Virus record (IMG/VR): IMGVR_UViG_3300045988_119069
DNA: 64,000 nt
Strand: one strand, 5' to 3'
Origin: a virus
Part shown: in pieces, positions 56,001-64,000 of the stretch
Layout: each line of letters begins with the position of its first letter
Position numbering within the stretch: the first letter of the stretch is position 1
Position numbers and translations under genes: made by a program
Notes under the pieces: generated by a model
What the model saw: only the letters and a program-made list of their open reading frames with translations
Told to the model about the DNA's origin: nothing
Databases searched by the model: none

Positions 56001-57348
56001 CATCGTGTATATGGCAATCGGAAGTACGCTATACTCTCAGCAGATACCCTTTTTGGTGAACGTGGCGAAGTTTACGGGGACGATATCGGCTGACAACAAG
56101 AAGCTGCGGACGGACTATACGGAGCTGACGAACCGTGTAGGAGCAGTGGAAACGGACGTAAACGGCATCCCCATCAAGACGCAGGGCGAGCTGAAGAAGT
56201 ATACCTCGACCATTGAGCAGACGGCCCGTGAGATATCGCTGAAGGTGACGGAGGAGACCGTGAACATGGCACGTAACTGCATCGTTGGTTCGGCGCTTAG
56301 GGAATATGACGAAATAACGCCAATCAACGGTACGGAGAAAGTGACGATAATGACGCAGGGCGTGGGTGGCACTAACTATGCCCAATGCTACTGTATCGGA
56401 GCCACTGCAAACTCTTGGACGGGCCTGTATTTCAAGGACGTGCGCGTGAAGCCGCAGACAAAATACATATTCAGCGTATGGATGAGAATGACGGCAAAGC
56501 CCGACAATGGCAGCTACGTGGCTATCAAGACATACAACACCTCCGTGACGGGCACGGAGGTGGCACGCATCAAGTTCCCTGACAGTCAGACACTGAACGT
56601 GTGGGCATTGTACAAGGTGGCGGTGAGCGTTCCGGCAGCATGTAACCGCCTTCTGATAGAGACAGGCGTGAGAAAGAACGGAGCGATAGACCTGTGTCGT
56701 CCGATGCTGGAAGAAGGCGATACGTACCAAGGCTGGAGCCTCTCGCCTTACGACGTAACCATAGACGATGCAGTGGTGGCGACAGGCTTAGACATCAAGA
56801 ACGGCATCATCAAGGCAACGGCTGATAAATTCGAGATAAGAAACAACAACGGCGAACAGACGGCTGCCGTGAACGAGAAGGGACGCTTGGAGGTAAAGAG
56901 CGGTTTGTTTTCGGGTTTTATAGTGAAGAAGATGACGACACTCACTCCTGATAACATTTCCGAATATCTTAAAAGCTCACAGAGCAATGGCTATTTAAGC
57001 ATGGACTTCTCGGCAGCTGGCTCATACGTGTGCTTTACGGGCGCGATGAAGGCGAAATATGGAGACGATTATCCTTCACCTGTACTACCTTTTTACAATA
57101 TAGGCAGTATAAGTGCATCACTCGGCGTAACGGCGGAAGAAGCAATATCCTACATAGGACAAATCGTGATAATAGCGAACAAGAGCGACACGACGGTAAA
57201 CGTTATTGGCGGAGGGACTATCAAGGGTGGCGGCACACAGTCGCAGTGGATAGAAACGGGCTACATGGCTGTGTTGGCTTGCGAGTTCGAGTACACATCG
57301 GTAAAGAACTATAAAATAGTATGGAATGGATATTGTGTAAAAATATAA
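53086..57348 (+). CDS. large tail fibre / host-specificity protein with a C-terminal carbohydrate-binding-like module
   Basis: 1420 aa and beta-rich. The C-terminal segment (NYAQCYCIGATANSWTGLYFKDVRVKPQTKYIFSVWMR) resembles CBM/galactose-binding-like folds. Confidence 0.6.
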   Translation: MANPNPNMTVATPKDYWLSPNALHIERNALGYPDYIQASCISGAQILVYIKGIISYDAGHNYRRWPLQASPTVFNTHTEKYVYVAVPRDSTLSSAIVVYPSELLDIYGKNDQQQQVGSEKYYYIFLQGILSSSGDNGTVQRDWLEGHTVLTGYLSSNEAINAGPDEAEWFQYSTVDEIVTFLKDLTMKAGTKFRELFAKAVTIVSGGYITFEGKTGSVSGIANADTSVESEADIVTPKYMDGKALSKSHNDKTDFDIELKNLRANGTVDVFGGLTIGRTEDGYGVTGEGAATLSTVVVDEVRDPKSTEQDRVIVGAQGFNLYMGKDGKSHLYIDYLMTRTKFFAASAEVRKVSYSGGTTLFSNAGSTIMKVAHVLDDAGVTVGYKCYAAADDGTTRTANWWHVGMMALCQTFNVKAGETENLQNRYYWRLVVGVGQETLEDGKLYDYVILSNRKTFAGSDSITEDGRSLAAVFEEQEGKTTDDGNNVIANRMFFGYEPAADGGEPDVPQPYDVIVQAGDQIQWNRFGNLIKLTTSTEDGSDNGNAPAIAIYHAMGAPYKTGDTVNPYQWKTLTSLDSPLLVLKNAKNFKFFTDDNPDNIIDPVTVTYDLVPSSEYIIRKPNSQTATPNDITFTLRKRTGNVTEDMKDGYLLTADYTTTAGESKSGVAINRLSDIGVSFYLLASVTVRATVKADNTPVTLTLPILSDGAKGDTGTSFKVLGYALAHAKTYAELQQITPTDGGLYLVDDTTGMEGGGKKPCVVQWKNGKYIVCDSNDGDSYKIGEILWTNTGTYWLDIGSVKGEGVVISDMSVTYAISDSATVTPTEWQSAIIAATDAKPYLWTRTTVTYKDSEGEHTTVSYAIAYKGKDGDKGTPGANGTDAVEFIVSNAPLVFDTDENGVVSASVSKTATIQVMRSGKNITSEVSNLFPSNSNMGCGKPTLTKRTDGIDVTISGASINKDSKLGVSVTSGYVIVYMAIGSTLYSQQIPFLVNVAKFTGTISADNKKLRTDYTELTNRVGAVETDVNGIPIKTQGELKKYTSTIEQTAREISLKVTEETVNMARNCIVGSALREYDEITPINGTEKVTIMTQGVGGTNYAQCYCIGATANSWTGLYFKDVRVKPQTKYIFSVWMRMTAKPDNGSYVAIKTYNTSVTGTEVARIKFPDSQTLNVWALYKVAVSVPAACNRLLIETGVRKNGAIDLCRPMLEEGDTYQGWSLSPYDVTIDDAVVATGLDIKNGIIKATADKFEIRNNNGEQTAAVNEKGRLEVKSGLFSGFIVKKMTTLTPDNISEYLKSSQSNGYLSMDFSAAGSYVCFTGAMKAKYGDDYPSPVLPFYNIGSISASLGVTAEEAISYIGQIVIIANKSDTTVNVIGGGTIKGGGTQSQWIETGYMAVLACEFEYTSVKNYKIVWNGYCVKI

Positions 57349-57359
57349 AATATTAAGAT

Positions 57360-57962
57360 ATGAAAAAGATACGTATAGGCAATGACATTAACTTCCGATG
57401 GACTGTCAGACGTGGCGGAGAGGCAGAAAGCTTTGAGGGGAAAACTGTCAAGGTTCTGCTGCGTAATACGTATGGTCATCGTTGTGATATTGACTGGCAT
57501 ACAGAACCAGGCGGTATCATCGCTGGCACGTGCTACGGCTCTACGCAGCATTACCTTGGAGCGTACACCCTCACATTAGTTGAGAACGACGGCGAACGAG
57601 GCATGAACACTGTAGATAAAATTGACGTATGGCAGCTTGTGGCACAGCAGGATAGTTCTGTTATGGAGACTAAAAATGATTGTGTCGGTTCACAAGTAGA
57701 AACCGTCACGGCTCTCATAGAGTCGGAAATAGGTCTTGCTGGAGCAGCGCAAGTGACAATAGATGTGGAATTAAACGAGGAGTCATACAACGCCATCGCC
57801 AATGCGTCTGTAACAAAGGCTTTCAAGGAAGTGCGTAAAGATGTTGACTCTTTGGATTCGGAAATGAAGGAACTGAAACCACGTGTTGAGACGTTGGAAG
57901 AAGTTAAAACAGAAGCAATAGACCTAAAGGGCATTGATGATGCCTTTAACGAGAGCATATAG
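57360..57962 (+). CDS. hypothetical tail-associated protein
   Basis: 200 aa. Ends in TAG. Confidence 0.5.
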   Translation: MKKIRIGNDINFRWTVRRGGEAESFEGKTVKVLLRNTYGHRCDIDWHTEPGGIIAGTCYGSTQHYLGAYTLTLVENDGERGMNTVDKIDVWQLVAQQDSSVMETKNDCVGSQVETVTALIESEIGLAGAAQVTIDVELNEESYNAIANASVTKAFKEVRKDVDSLDSEMKELKPRVETLEEVKTEAIDLKGIDDAFNESI

Positions 57963-58026
57963 CATTACAATGAGATTTTTTACAATCTATATATCAATGT
58001 TTTATTAATTAATTTTTTTAAGAATT

Positions 58027-59220
58027 ATGGCAAAGTATTTAGACGAGAAAGGTCTGTCAAAACTCGTTTTTAAGACCAAAGAGTATGCGGATCATTCTTC
58101 CGCAGCAGTGAAGACAGCTGTAGATGGCTATACCATCAACGGCAAAAAGATTTCTACTAACCCAGTGATTGCAAAGGCTGATGTGGGCCTGACTAACGTG
58201 GACAACGTTAAGCAGATACCCGCATCGGAGAAGGGTAAGGCAAATGGCGTGGCAACTCTCGGCACTGACGGCAAACTTACAGCGGCACAGATGCCGGCAA
58301 TGAAGACAATTAACGGTGAGAGCGTCGTGGGTTCTGGTAACATCAAAATAGACCTGTCACTCTACAAGGTTATCACTGACTTTCCTACATCAAACATTGA
58401 TGCCACGAAGATTTACTTGAAGCTTGCTTCAAGCACAGCTGAAAAGAATGTCTATGCGGAGTATATTTATACTGGTGACACAACGGCAGCATACGACGCA
58501 TCAAAGTGGGAAAAATTGGGTGAGGCGCAGACATCAATTATCGTGGATGCAGCACTCTCTACATCATCGACCAATCCGGTGCAGAACAAGGTTGTCAACA
58601 AAGCGATAAATGATGTTCAGACCAATCTTAACACCCACATCAACAACAAGGAGAATCCGCACAAAGTAAACAAAGCACAGGTAGGTCTTGGCAATGTAAC
58701 TAACGAGGCGCAGATACCCTTAAGCCAGAAGGGTGCCAACAACGGTGTAGCTGCTCTTGACGGTGACGGACACGTCAAGGACAGCCACCTGTGGGATGCC
58801 TCGGAAGGTTTCCACGGTCTCATTTCAGCAGACGACTGGAAGAGACTTGATGATGTGTACGGTGTCTACGACAGCAAAACCATGCTTGTCAAGGAGGGTG
58901 CTATCCCCACATCCGCATACGGCGTGGTTGAGTTCGGCGGAATGACATCTGGAGAAACCACCATGGGAGGTTCTGCGACACGAGGAAAGATAATGTTCAA
59001 CACAACCAAGAACTGTTTTGTTGAGGTTGTCGGCTCGACACAGTATAGTGCGCTTAGTGGCGGAAACATGTATGGCACTCTTTCCGGCGGACTGACCAAG
59101 CCTACAGCAGGAAAGATTTACTCAATTGGCACAAGCCTGTATATGCTTGACGCTACGTCAGGCGGTCTTGTCCTTATCAACGGCAGGATAGACGAGACCT
59201 ACATCGAATCATTGTTCTAA
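58027..59220 (+). CDS. tail fibre protein
   Basis: N-terminal MAKYLDEKGLSKLV and SSTNPVQNKVVNKAI repeat motifs shared with the next gene. Confidence 0.65.
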   Translation: MAKYLDEKGLSKLVFKTKEYADHSSAAVKTAVDGYTINGKKISTNPVIAKADVGLTNVDNVKQIPASEKGKANGVATLGTDGKLTAAQMPAMKTINGESVVGSGNIKIDLSLYKVITDFPTSNIDATKIYLKLASSTAEKNVYAEYIYTGDTTAAYDASKWEKLGEAQTSIIVDAALSTSSTNPVQNKVVNKAINDVQTNLNTHINNKENPHKVNKAQVGLGNVTNEAQIPLSQKGANNGVAALDGDGHVKDSHLWDASEGFHGLISADDWKRLDDVYGVYDSKTMLVKEGAIPTSAYGVVEFGGMTSGETTMGGSATRGKIMFNTTKNCFVEVVGSTQYSALSGGNMYGTLSGGLTKPTAGKIYSIGTSLYMLDATSGGLVLINGRIDETYIESLF

Positions 59221-59276
59221 TTTTTTAATTCATCGCTACGCTCACCTTATTGGTGGGCGTAGCTCAATTTTCTACT

Positions 59277-59993
59277 ATGGCATATCTTGACGATAAAGGA
59301 CTCTCCCACCTTGTGACGAAGCTTAAGACAATGCTTTCGTCCTATTTCAACAAGGTAGAGACAATAGGTAGCGGAAACGCCATCACTGATGTCACGATAG
59401 ATGGCAACAAGCTAACCTTTAAGCGCAATACGACATTTGCAACAACCAACAATAACATAACGGTTGACTCGGCTCTCAGCAGTACATCCACCAACCCGGT
59501 GCAGAACAAGGTTGTCTATACGGCTCTCAACGGCAAGGCTTCGACAACACACAGCCACAACATCACATCCCTTAACAACGTAAGCGTCACATTGAAGGAT
59601 GCCACCACAGGTGGCTGGAGCGCTATAAGCAACGACTACGCAAAAGGCACATGGCTCAAGGTGGTCAAAGGTGCCAATAACGCCCCCGCATGGTACGCGC
59701 AGAAATACGCAAGCGGCCTTGCTTTCGGCGTAGGCGACATCAAGGGCGTGCTGTCATTGTCGAACTCCTTGGCAAAGGTCTGTTTCGCTTCCGGCGGAAC
59801 AGACCAAGGGACTCCAAGCTGGTATTTCACATTGACAGGAACAAAAGAAGAGGAGTATAATCTTGACAATATACCGACAGGTAAAATGCCGGCGCAGGCA
59901 GAATTGTCTTCCTCAGCATCCTTAACAACCGTAATAAACAAAGTAAACGCTATTATAAAAGCATTGAAGACGGCAGGAATAATGAACTCTTAA
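59277..59993 (+). CDS. tail fibre protein (paralogous N-terminus)
   Basis: The ATG at 59277 gives MAYLDDKGLSHLV, parallel to the 58027 product. Shares STSTNPVQNKVVYTAL. Confidence 0.6.
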   Translation: MAYLDDKGLSHLVTKLKTMLSSYFNKVETIGSGNAITDVTIDGNKLTFKRNTTFATTNNNITVDSALSSTSTNPVQNKVVYTALNGKASTTHSHNITSLNNVSVTLKDATTGGWSAISNDYAKGTWLKVVKGANNAPAWYAQKYASGLAFGVGDIKGVLSLSNSLAKVCFASGGTDQGTPSWYFTLTGTKEEEYNLDNIPTGKMPAQAELSSSASLTTVINKVNAIIKALKTAGIMNS

Positions 59994-60119
59994 AAAGGGA
60001 TTTGGCAATGAACGATGAGCCTCACTGAGCCTTTCTAAGCCTCACTGAGCATATCTAAGCCTCTTTGCGTGGCTGCTTAATGGGCGCAAATAATAAATAA
60101 TAATTAATAAATAATAATT

Positions 60120-60554
60120 ATGAGAAGTATTCAGCGTATTTTCGTGCATTGCACGGCAAGCAACCAGTCTTGGGGAGTGAAAGAGCTTTGGGCGGAGTTC
60201 CGTCATAAAGGATGGAAAAATCCCGGCTATCATTACGTAGTAACAGCCGACGGCGGCATCCATCAGATGCTCGCCCTTGAGGAAGTGAGCAACGGTGTGA
60301 GAGGCTACAACTCCACCGCCATCAACATCGCCTACGTCGGCGGCATCAGCCGTCAAGGCAAGAAAATTGTCGCCACGGACAACCGCACACCCGAGCAGAA
60401 AGCCTCCCTGCGCAAGCTCCTCGGCATCCTCCGTCAGAAATACCCTGACGCAAGGATAATGGGACACCGCAGCATCTGGGGCGAGGACACACCCTCAAAA
60501 TGGCAGAAGAGCTGCCCCTGCTTCAACGCCGTGGAGGAATACAAGGACATTTAA
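60120..60554 (+). CDS. N-acetylmuramoyl-L-alanine amidase (Amidase_2/T7-lysozyme-like endolysin)
   Basis: VHCTAS, NPGYHYVVTADGGI, NSTAINIAYVGG, MGHRS and CPCF zinc-ligand pattern. Confidence 0.85.
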   Translation: MRSIQRIFVHCTASNQSWGVKELWAEFRHKGWKNPGYHYVVTADGGIHQMLALEEVSNGVRGYNSTAINIAYVGGISRQGKKIVATDNRTPEQKASLRKLLGILRQKYPDARIMGHRSIWGEDTPSKWQKSCPCFNAVEEYKDI

Positions 60555-60581
60555 CGTCAGCAATGTCCGGACACTAAAAAA

Positions 60582-60620
60582 GCCGCTTCCATCCTCACAG
60601 ACAGAAGCGGCCCAACTTTT
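60582..60620 (+). terminator. terminator after the endolysin gene
   Basis: GCCGCTTC ... GAAGCGGC stem, then CCAACTTTT. Confidence 0.5.
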
Positions 60621-60759
60621 AATACTTTACAGATTATGACTAAGAGCCATATTCTTGTCTGCAAAGGTATATATATTTTGCTTTTATTCCTAACAAATCA
60701 CCTAAAACTTTGTTTCCCCGTCAAGAGTCTTCTTCATCGAATGAATCGAATGAGGCGAA

Positions 60760-61248
60760 CTACTTCATTACGTCGTGCCATCCCGATGGAATGTTATCAA
60801 TCTTTACCCACACCTCACGATTGCCTTTGCCTTTCCCGTCGTCCGGCAGGTAATAAGCCTCCATGCGACGGTAATCATTGCTGATAAATTTCAGTTCATA
60901 TTCGATGCCGCTGCTCCAGACATCTCTACAGAAATACACTTTATTGACACAGCCTCCAGCAAACGATATGATGCCATTCCATGCGCTGTCTTCGCCGAAG
61001 AAGCAACAGGAGTATATATTTTCCTTTGCAATGAGCAGCCAGGGCGCGTTAGGATTTTCCTCGTCGCCTTCTCTGACCCATACGCCCTGCATGCGTGAGT
61101 GTCGTTCTCCCCAATAGGCATCACGTATCTTCTGCCATTTCTCCGACCAAGCCCAAAGGTCTTCGTCTTCCTTACTACAGCTCGTTACATTCGCGCCCAT
61201 AGCCAGCAACATGGCTGACATGAGCAAAAAACTAAAGATTTTCTTCAT
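60760..61248 (-). CDS. lipoprotein, probably surface-exposed
   Basis: Signal peptide MKKIFSFLLMSAMLLAMGANVTSC with a lipobox Cys followed by SKEDED, a Bacteroidota-type lipoprotein export signal. Confidence 0.7.
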   Translation of the reverse strand: MKKIFSFLLMSAMLLAMGANVTSCSKEDEDLWAWSEKWQKIRDAYWGERHSRMQGVWVREGDEENPNAPWLLIAKENIYSCCFFGEDSAWNGIISFAGGCVNKVYFCRDVWSSGIEYELKFISNDYRRMEAYYLPDDGKGKGNREVWVKIDNIPSGWHDVMK

Positions 61249-61294
61249 ACTTTGATATTTTTATACGTTAATACTTTCGTAGGTTTGTATTTTT

Positions 61295-61648
61295 TTGTTT
61301 GGCTGCGGAGGGAGTTTGTGCCTTCTTGGGCCTACCTGGGAGAACTGCGCCTTTGTTGTGCTTTTTTATGTCTTCAAGAAGAAGGCGCAGTTTGCGTCTT
61401 CTTTGTGGAAGCAGAACCGTCCGTCCGACAAGTCCGCCAAGGGCACGGAGGCTTACCTCGCCGTGATGAAGGCGTACAAGGCGCAGCACAAGATTGGCAA
61501 CCCCTACAGCTTCATGCGCTCTCTCGTCACCGACGACCTCAAGGTCCTCCTTGCCGGCAACGACATCACGGGTGGCGTGAAGCCCGGCGGCTCCACCACT
61601 GAAGGTGGCGGCGGCGGTCAGAAGCCCGGAGGCGAGGTGGACGCATAG
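61295..61648 (+). CDS. uncertain ORF in a GC-rich patch (Gly-rich C-terminus)
   Basis: The start is unclear (TTG in the track). The internal segment AYLAVMKAYKAQHKIGNPYSFMRSLVTDDLKVLL looks protein-like. Confidence 0.3.
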   Translation: MFGCGGSLCLLGPTWENCAFVVLFYVFKKKAQFASSLWKQNRPSDKSAKGTEAYLAVMKAYKAQHKIGNPYSFMRSLVTDDLKVLLAGNDITGGVKPGGSTTEGGGGGQKPGGEVDA

Positions 61649-61675
61649 TCCGTAGCCTCGCTAAGGCTATCATTT

Positions 61676-61710
61676 CCCACGGTAGACACACGGCTTGCCG
61701 TGGGATTTTT
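61676..61710. terminator. bidirectional terminator between convergent genes
   Basis: CCCACGG ... CCGTGGG stem followed by ATTTTTG. Confidence 0.6.
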
Positions 61711-61711
61711 G

Positions 61712-62116
61712 TTATTCTTCGGGTAGGAGCACCACACCGACCCGAACTTTTGCGCCACAATGAGGGCAGAAGGTGGTGGTATTGATTGTAGGCTGTGCGT
61801 CGGGGAGCTGAATAGCGGTATCGTTGATGCTGAGAACTTCCGTATCGTTTGAAAAGAAATCTTTTTTCTCCACTTTTTCTTTGTTGAATAAAAGAACGTT
61901 TTTCTTAGCATCGTCCGAATCACCTATTGGATAGAATAAATCAGTGATATCGCAATCCAGTTTCTCGCAAAGGTCTTCCAAACGTTTTATTGTAGGGTTG
62001 CCTTTGATATAATTCTGAATGATGTTCTGCGTCTTTAGGTCGAACTTCTGACAGAAAGACGTAATGGTGTAACCGCGCTCTGTTATGGCGCGACGGATGT
62101 CGATTTTTGTTCTCAT
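61712..62116 (-). CDS. XRE-family HTH regulator with a C-terminal zinc-ribbon-like CPHCG
   Basis: ITERGYTITSFCQKFDLKTQNIIQNYIKGNPTIKRLEDLCEKLDCDITDLF is an HTH_3-like fold. AT-rich upstream region at 62117-62330. Confidence 0.7.
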   Translation of the reverse strand: MRTKIDIRRAITERGYTITSFCQKFDLKTQNIIQNYIKGNPTIKRLEDLCEKLDCDITDLFYPIGDSDDAKKNVLLFNKEKVEKKDFFSNDTEVLSINDTAIQLPDAQPTINTTTFCPHCGAKVRVGVVLLPEE

Positions 62117-62517
62117 GTATATATTTGTATTGTTTTGGTTACAAAGTTAATATATATATTTGTATTATGCAAATTTTTTTAGGATAGTTATCACATATAT
62201 TTATTTTTGTTCAAAAAAGTATAGTTTTATCAGTTTACAGTGTTTTTTATGTATTATTGGTGAAAAAAAGAGGGATATATAATCTGCTTTAGTCGTGTTT
62301 GAATTATTCTTTCACCCCTACAAATAGTTAATAATCAACACTTTAACCGATATACTAACCTGTAAAAGCCACCCCAAGAGGGACACATAAATAATTGATA
62401 ATTAGAGCAATCGCATCCAGCAAACTTTCCTTGCAGCTTCGATTCAGAAGCGAGTGCCCCACCGCACTGGGGAGCGTCGCGTGTGCCCGCCTGGGTGGTC
62501 GGCTGTGAATATTCGGA

Positions 62518-62640
62518 CGGACACCACGAGGGCACCCCGCCCCCGCCCTTGATGATCCACCAGGACGGGCACCACGAGGGCACCCCGCCCCCGCCCTCGA
62601 TGATCCACCAGGAAGGGCACCACGAGGGCACCCCGCCCCG
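62518..62640. repeat. GC-rich 48-bp tandem repeat, 2.5 copies (iteron-like)
   Basis: CACCACGAGGGCACCCCGCCCCCGCCCTYGATGATCCACCAGGAMGGG begins at 62522, 62570 and 62618, and is followed by an AT-rich tract. Confidence 0.8.
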
Positions 62641-62838
62641 CGTATATATAATAAGGTATATAATTGCATATATTTGTAAACAAGTGTAAACAAACTATAT
62701 GTATTTGTTTGTAAATGTTAAAAACAAACATATACAATAACTTTTCGGTCAAAAGATTTGGGTATACCAAATTTATATAATACCTTTGCAAATGTAAACA
62801 ATAAACAAATAATAACAACAAACAAATACTTTGAGATT

Positions 62839-63192
62839 ATGAACAAGAAAGAAACATCTGTATTGATCGCGCTTGCAACAATAGCGATCAACAACAAAGA
62901 CGGTTTTACCGTCAACGCTGCGACTCTGCAGCCTATCAAAAAAGGGTACGCTGTAGCCGTTGCCGAAACACAAAATTCTTTTGGTCTTGAGGGCCTCGCA
63001 AACGTTGTTAAATACGTTTCGGAACATCCAGAAATAAACGCTTTCGGCGGCTGGTATAATAGCAAAAATAATATGTATTATTTTGACGCTACAGTAATTA
63101 TAGACGATTTGGCGGCTGCCCTTGAGCTTGGACGTATTAATAAACAAATTGCCATTTTTGATCTTACAAACGGTTTTCCTATAGATTTGTAA
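62839..63192 (+). CDS. hypothetical protein between the two repeat arrays
   Basis: 117 aa from the ATG at 62839, followed by the tight hairpin GGACCGGCGGCGCCGGTCC (63201-63219). Confidence 0.5.
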   Translation: MNKKETSVLIALATIAINNKDGFTVNAATLQPIKKGYAVAVAETQNSFGLEGLANVVKYVSEHPEINAFGGWYNSKNNMYYFDATVIIDDLAAALELGRINKQIAIFDLTNGFPIDL

Positions 63193-63248
63193 TAAAAACA
63201 GGGACCGGCGGCGCCGGTCCTTACATCCAATAACAAAATACTTACATT

Positions 63249-63599
63249 ATGATTTATAACAAAGAGATAAACGGCGTTAAATTTACGTTTGTTTGCGAGT
63301 CTTGGAAGACTCGAAACAGTTGGGGCCACGAAGTAACATTATATAAAAATGATACATTTAAAGTTGGCCGGGCAAAGGTACGCTATTATAACAGAACGTG
63401 GGAAAGATACCAATATCAAAGTACAATAAAAAGCGTTATTTTTGACGCTATCGAAAGAATTTTAGCGGCTGCAAAGGTAGCATTTAAGGCGCTGCATGAT
63501 TACAAAGTTATGACAAAAAAACGTGCGGCCGAATTTACCGAATATCTTACAAAAGATCCGGCTTATAATATGTATAATGAATTATACAGAATGTTTTAA
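63249..63599 (+). CDS. hypothetical protein between the two repeat arrays
   Basis: 116-aa ORF followed by a terminator. Confidence 0.5.
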   Translation: MIYNKEINGVKFTFVCESWKTRNSWGHEVTLYKNDTFKVGRAKVRYYNRTWERYQYQSTIKSVIFDAIERILAAAKVAFKALHDYKVMTKKRAAEFTEYLTKDPAYNMYNELYRMF

Positions 63600-63606
63600 C
63601 CGTTCA

Positions 63607-63645
63607 CGGGCTGCAAATTGTTTGCAGTCCGTTTTTATTTTTTTG
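63607..63645 (+). terminator. rho-independent terminator
   Basis: ACGGGCTGCAAA / TTTGCAGTCCGT stem followed by TTTTTATTTTTTT. Confidence 0.7.
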
Positions 63646-64000
63646 CGCCCGCTGGTGCCCTCGTTGGCATCAGGTATGGAGTATTGCCACGGATGCACAT
63701 TTGCGCCCGTCTGGTGCCCTCGTTGGCATCAGGCATGGAGTATTGCCACGGATGCACATTTGCGCCCGTCTGGTGCCCTCGTTGGCATCAGGCATGGAGT
63801 ATTGCCACGGATGCACATTTGCGCCCGTCTGGTGCCCTCGTTGGCATCAGGCATGGAGTATTGCCACGGATGCACATTTGCGCCCGTCTGGTGCCCTCGT
63901 TGGCATCAGGCATGGAGTATTGCCACGGATGCACATTTGCGCCCTTCCTGGTGCCCTCGTTGGCATCAGGTATGGAGTATTGCCACGGATGCACATTTGC
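63646..64000. repeat. 59-bp tandem repeat, at least 6 copies, running off the window end
   Basis: GGTGCCCTCGTTGGCATCAGGYATGGAGTATTGCCACGGATGCACATTTGCGCCCGTCT with phase markers at 63655, 63714, 63773, 63832, 63891 and 63951. There are no unique spacers. Confidence 0.85.

Noticed and set aside
60636-60884. An 82-aa plus-strand ORF between the endolysin and lipoprotein genes.
   Set aside because: It overlaps the 3' end of the convincing minus-strand lipoprotein gene and a half-palindrome of the TCATCGAATGA family, and has no supporting features.
61252-61602. A 116-aa ORF overlapping 61295..61648 in another frame.
   Set aside because: Only one frame can be real. This one is Arg/Pro-rich with no start context. 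Even the preferred frame is called at low confidence only.
62335-62821. Minus-strand ORFs (98, 112 and 125 aa) and the plus-strand ORF 62483..62689 over the GC-rich repeats.
   Set aside because: The peptides are repetitive (GAGCPRGA...) and are produced by the 48-bp tandem repeat in several frames at once. No start context is present.
63646-64000. The regular 59-bp repeats could be mistaken for a CRISPR array.
   Set aside because: The units abut directly with no unique spacers, the period equals the repeat length, and no cas genes are present. This is a tandem repeat, not a CRISPR.

Overview
This 64 kb window looks like a tailed dsDNA phage or prophage. The host is probably Bacteroidota: start codons lack Shine-Dalgarno sequences and sit behind A/C-rich leaders, there are TAnnTTTG-type -7 boxes, and a lipoprotein Cys is followed by an acidic SKEDED signal (inference). 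All function calls rest on remembered motifs, because no database search was possible.

Layout:
- 1-4970 (minus strand): partial large terminase (missing from the ORF track), an NPPY adenine methyltransferase, a PAPS-reductase-like gene, a radical SAM gene.
- 5330-13236: holin-like protein and a 2029-aa tape measure protein.
- 13.3-14.0 kb: non-coding control region.
- 13990-19370: AEP/PriCT primase-like gene, then guanylate-kinase-like, ThyX-like and MazG-like genes.
- 19495-19567: tRNA with anticodon CAU.
- 19630-23412: S49 protease-scaffold, putative major capsid protein, and a gene with a candidate -1 frameshift.
- 23658-24584: a self-contained LysR cargo gene.
- 24.7-41.5 kb: accessory block of small genes, including YopX, GNAT, RtcB and an SPFH lipoprotein.
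- 41.8-60.6 kb: portal-like gene, beta-class methyltransferase, baseplate and fibre genes, amidase endolysin.
- 60.7-64.0 kb: lipoprotein, XRE regulator, and two inverted iteron-like repeat arrays.

Main finds:
1. At 31.2-37.4 kb a circularly permuted C5-cytosine methyltransferase core (motif order IX-X-I-IV-VI-VIII) has no recognisable target-recognition domain (TRD). It is surrounded by 12 TRD-like mini-ORFs of 43-84 aa, all but one below the ORF-track size cutoff. Most end in (L/I)(I/V)EY(E/D) and are chained by a conserved junction that carries stops in all three frames plus a restart ATG. I propose a split, combinatorial multispecific methyltransferase.
2. Three otherwise continuous genes each carry one in-frame TAG and no in-frame TAA or TGA. 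This suggests amber suppression or TAG-to-Gln recoding. However, TAG also ends many ORFs here, and no suppressor tRNA lies in the window.
3. Other observations: a family of interrupted intergenic palindromes, two classes of upstream leader motif, an A7 frameshift site, and a pyrophosphatase/ThyX-like/kinase triad that hints at base modification.
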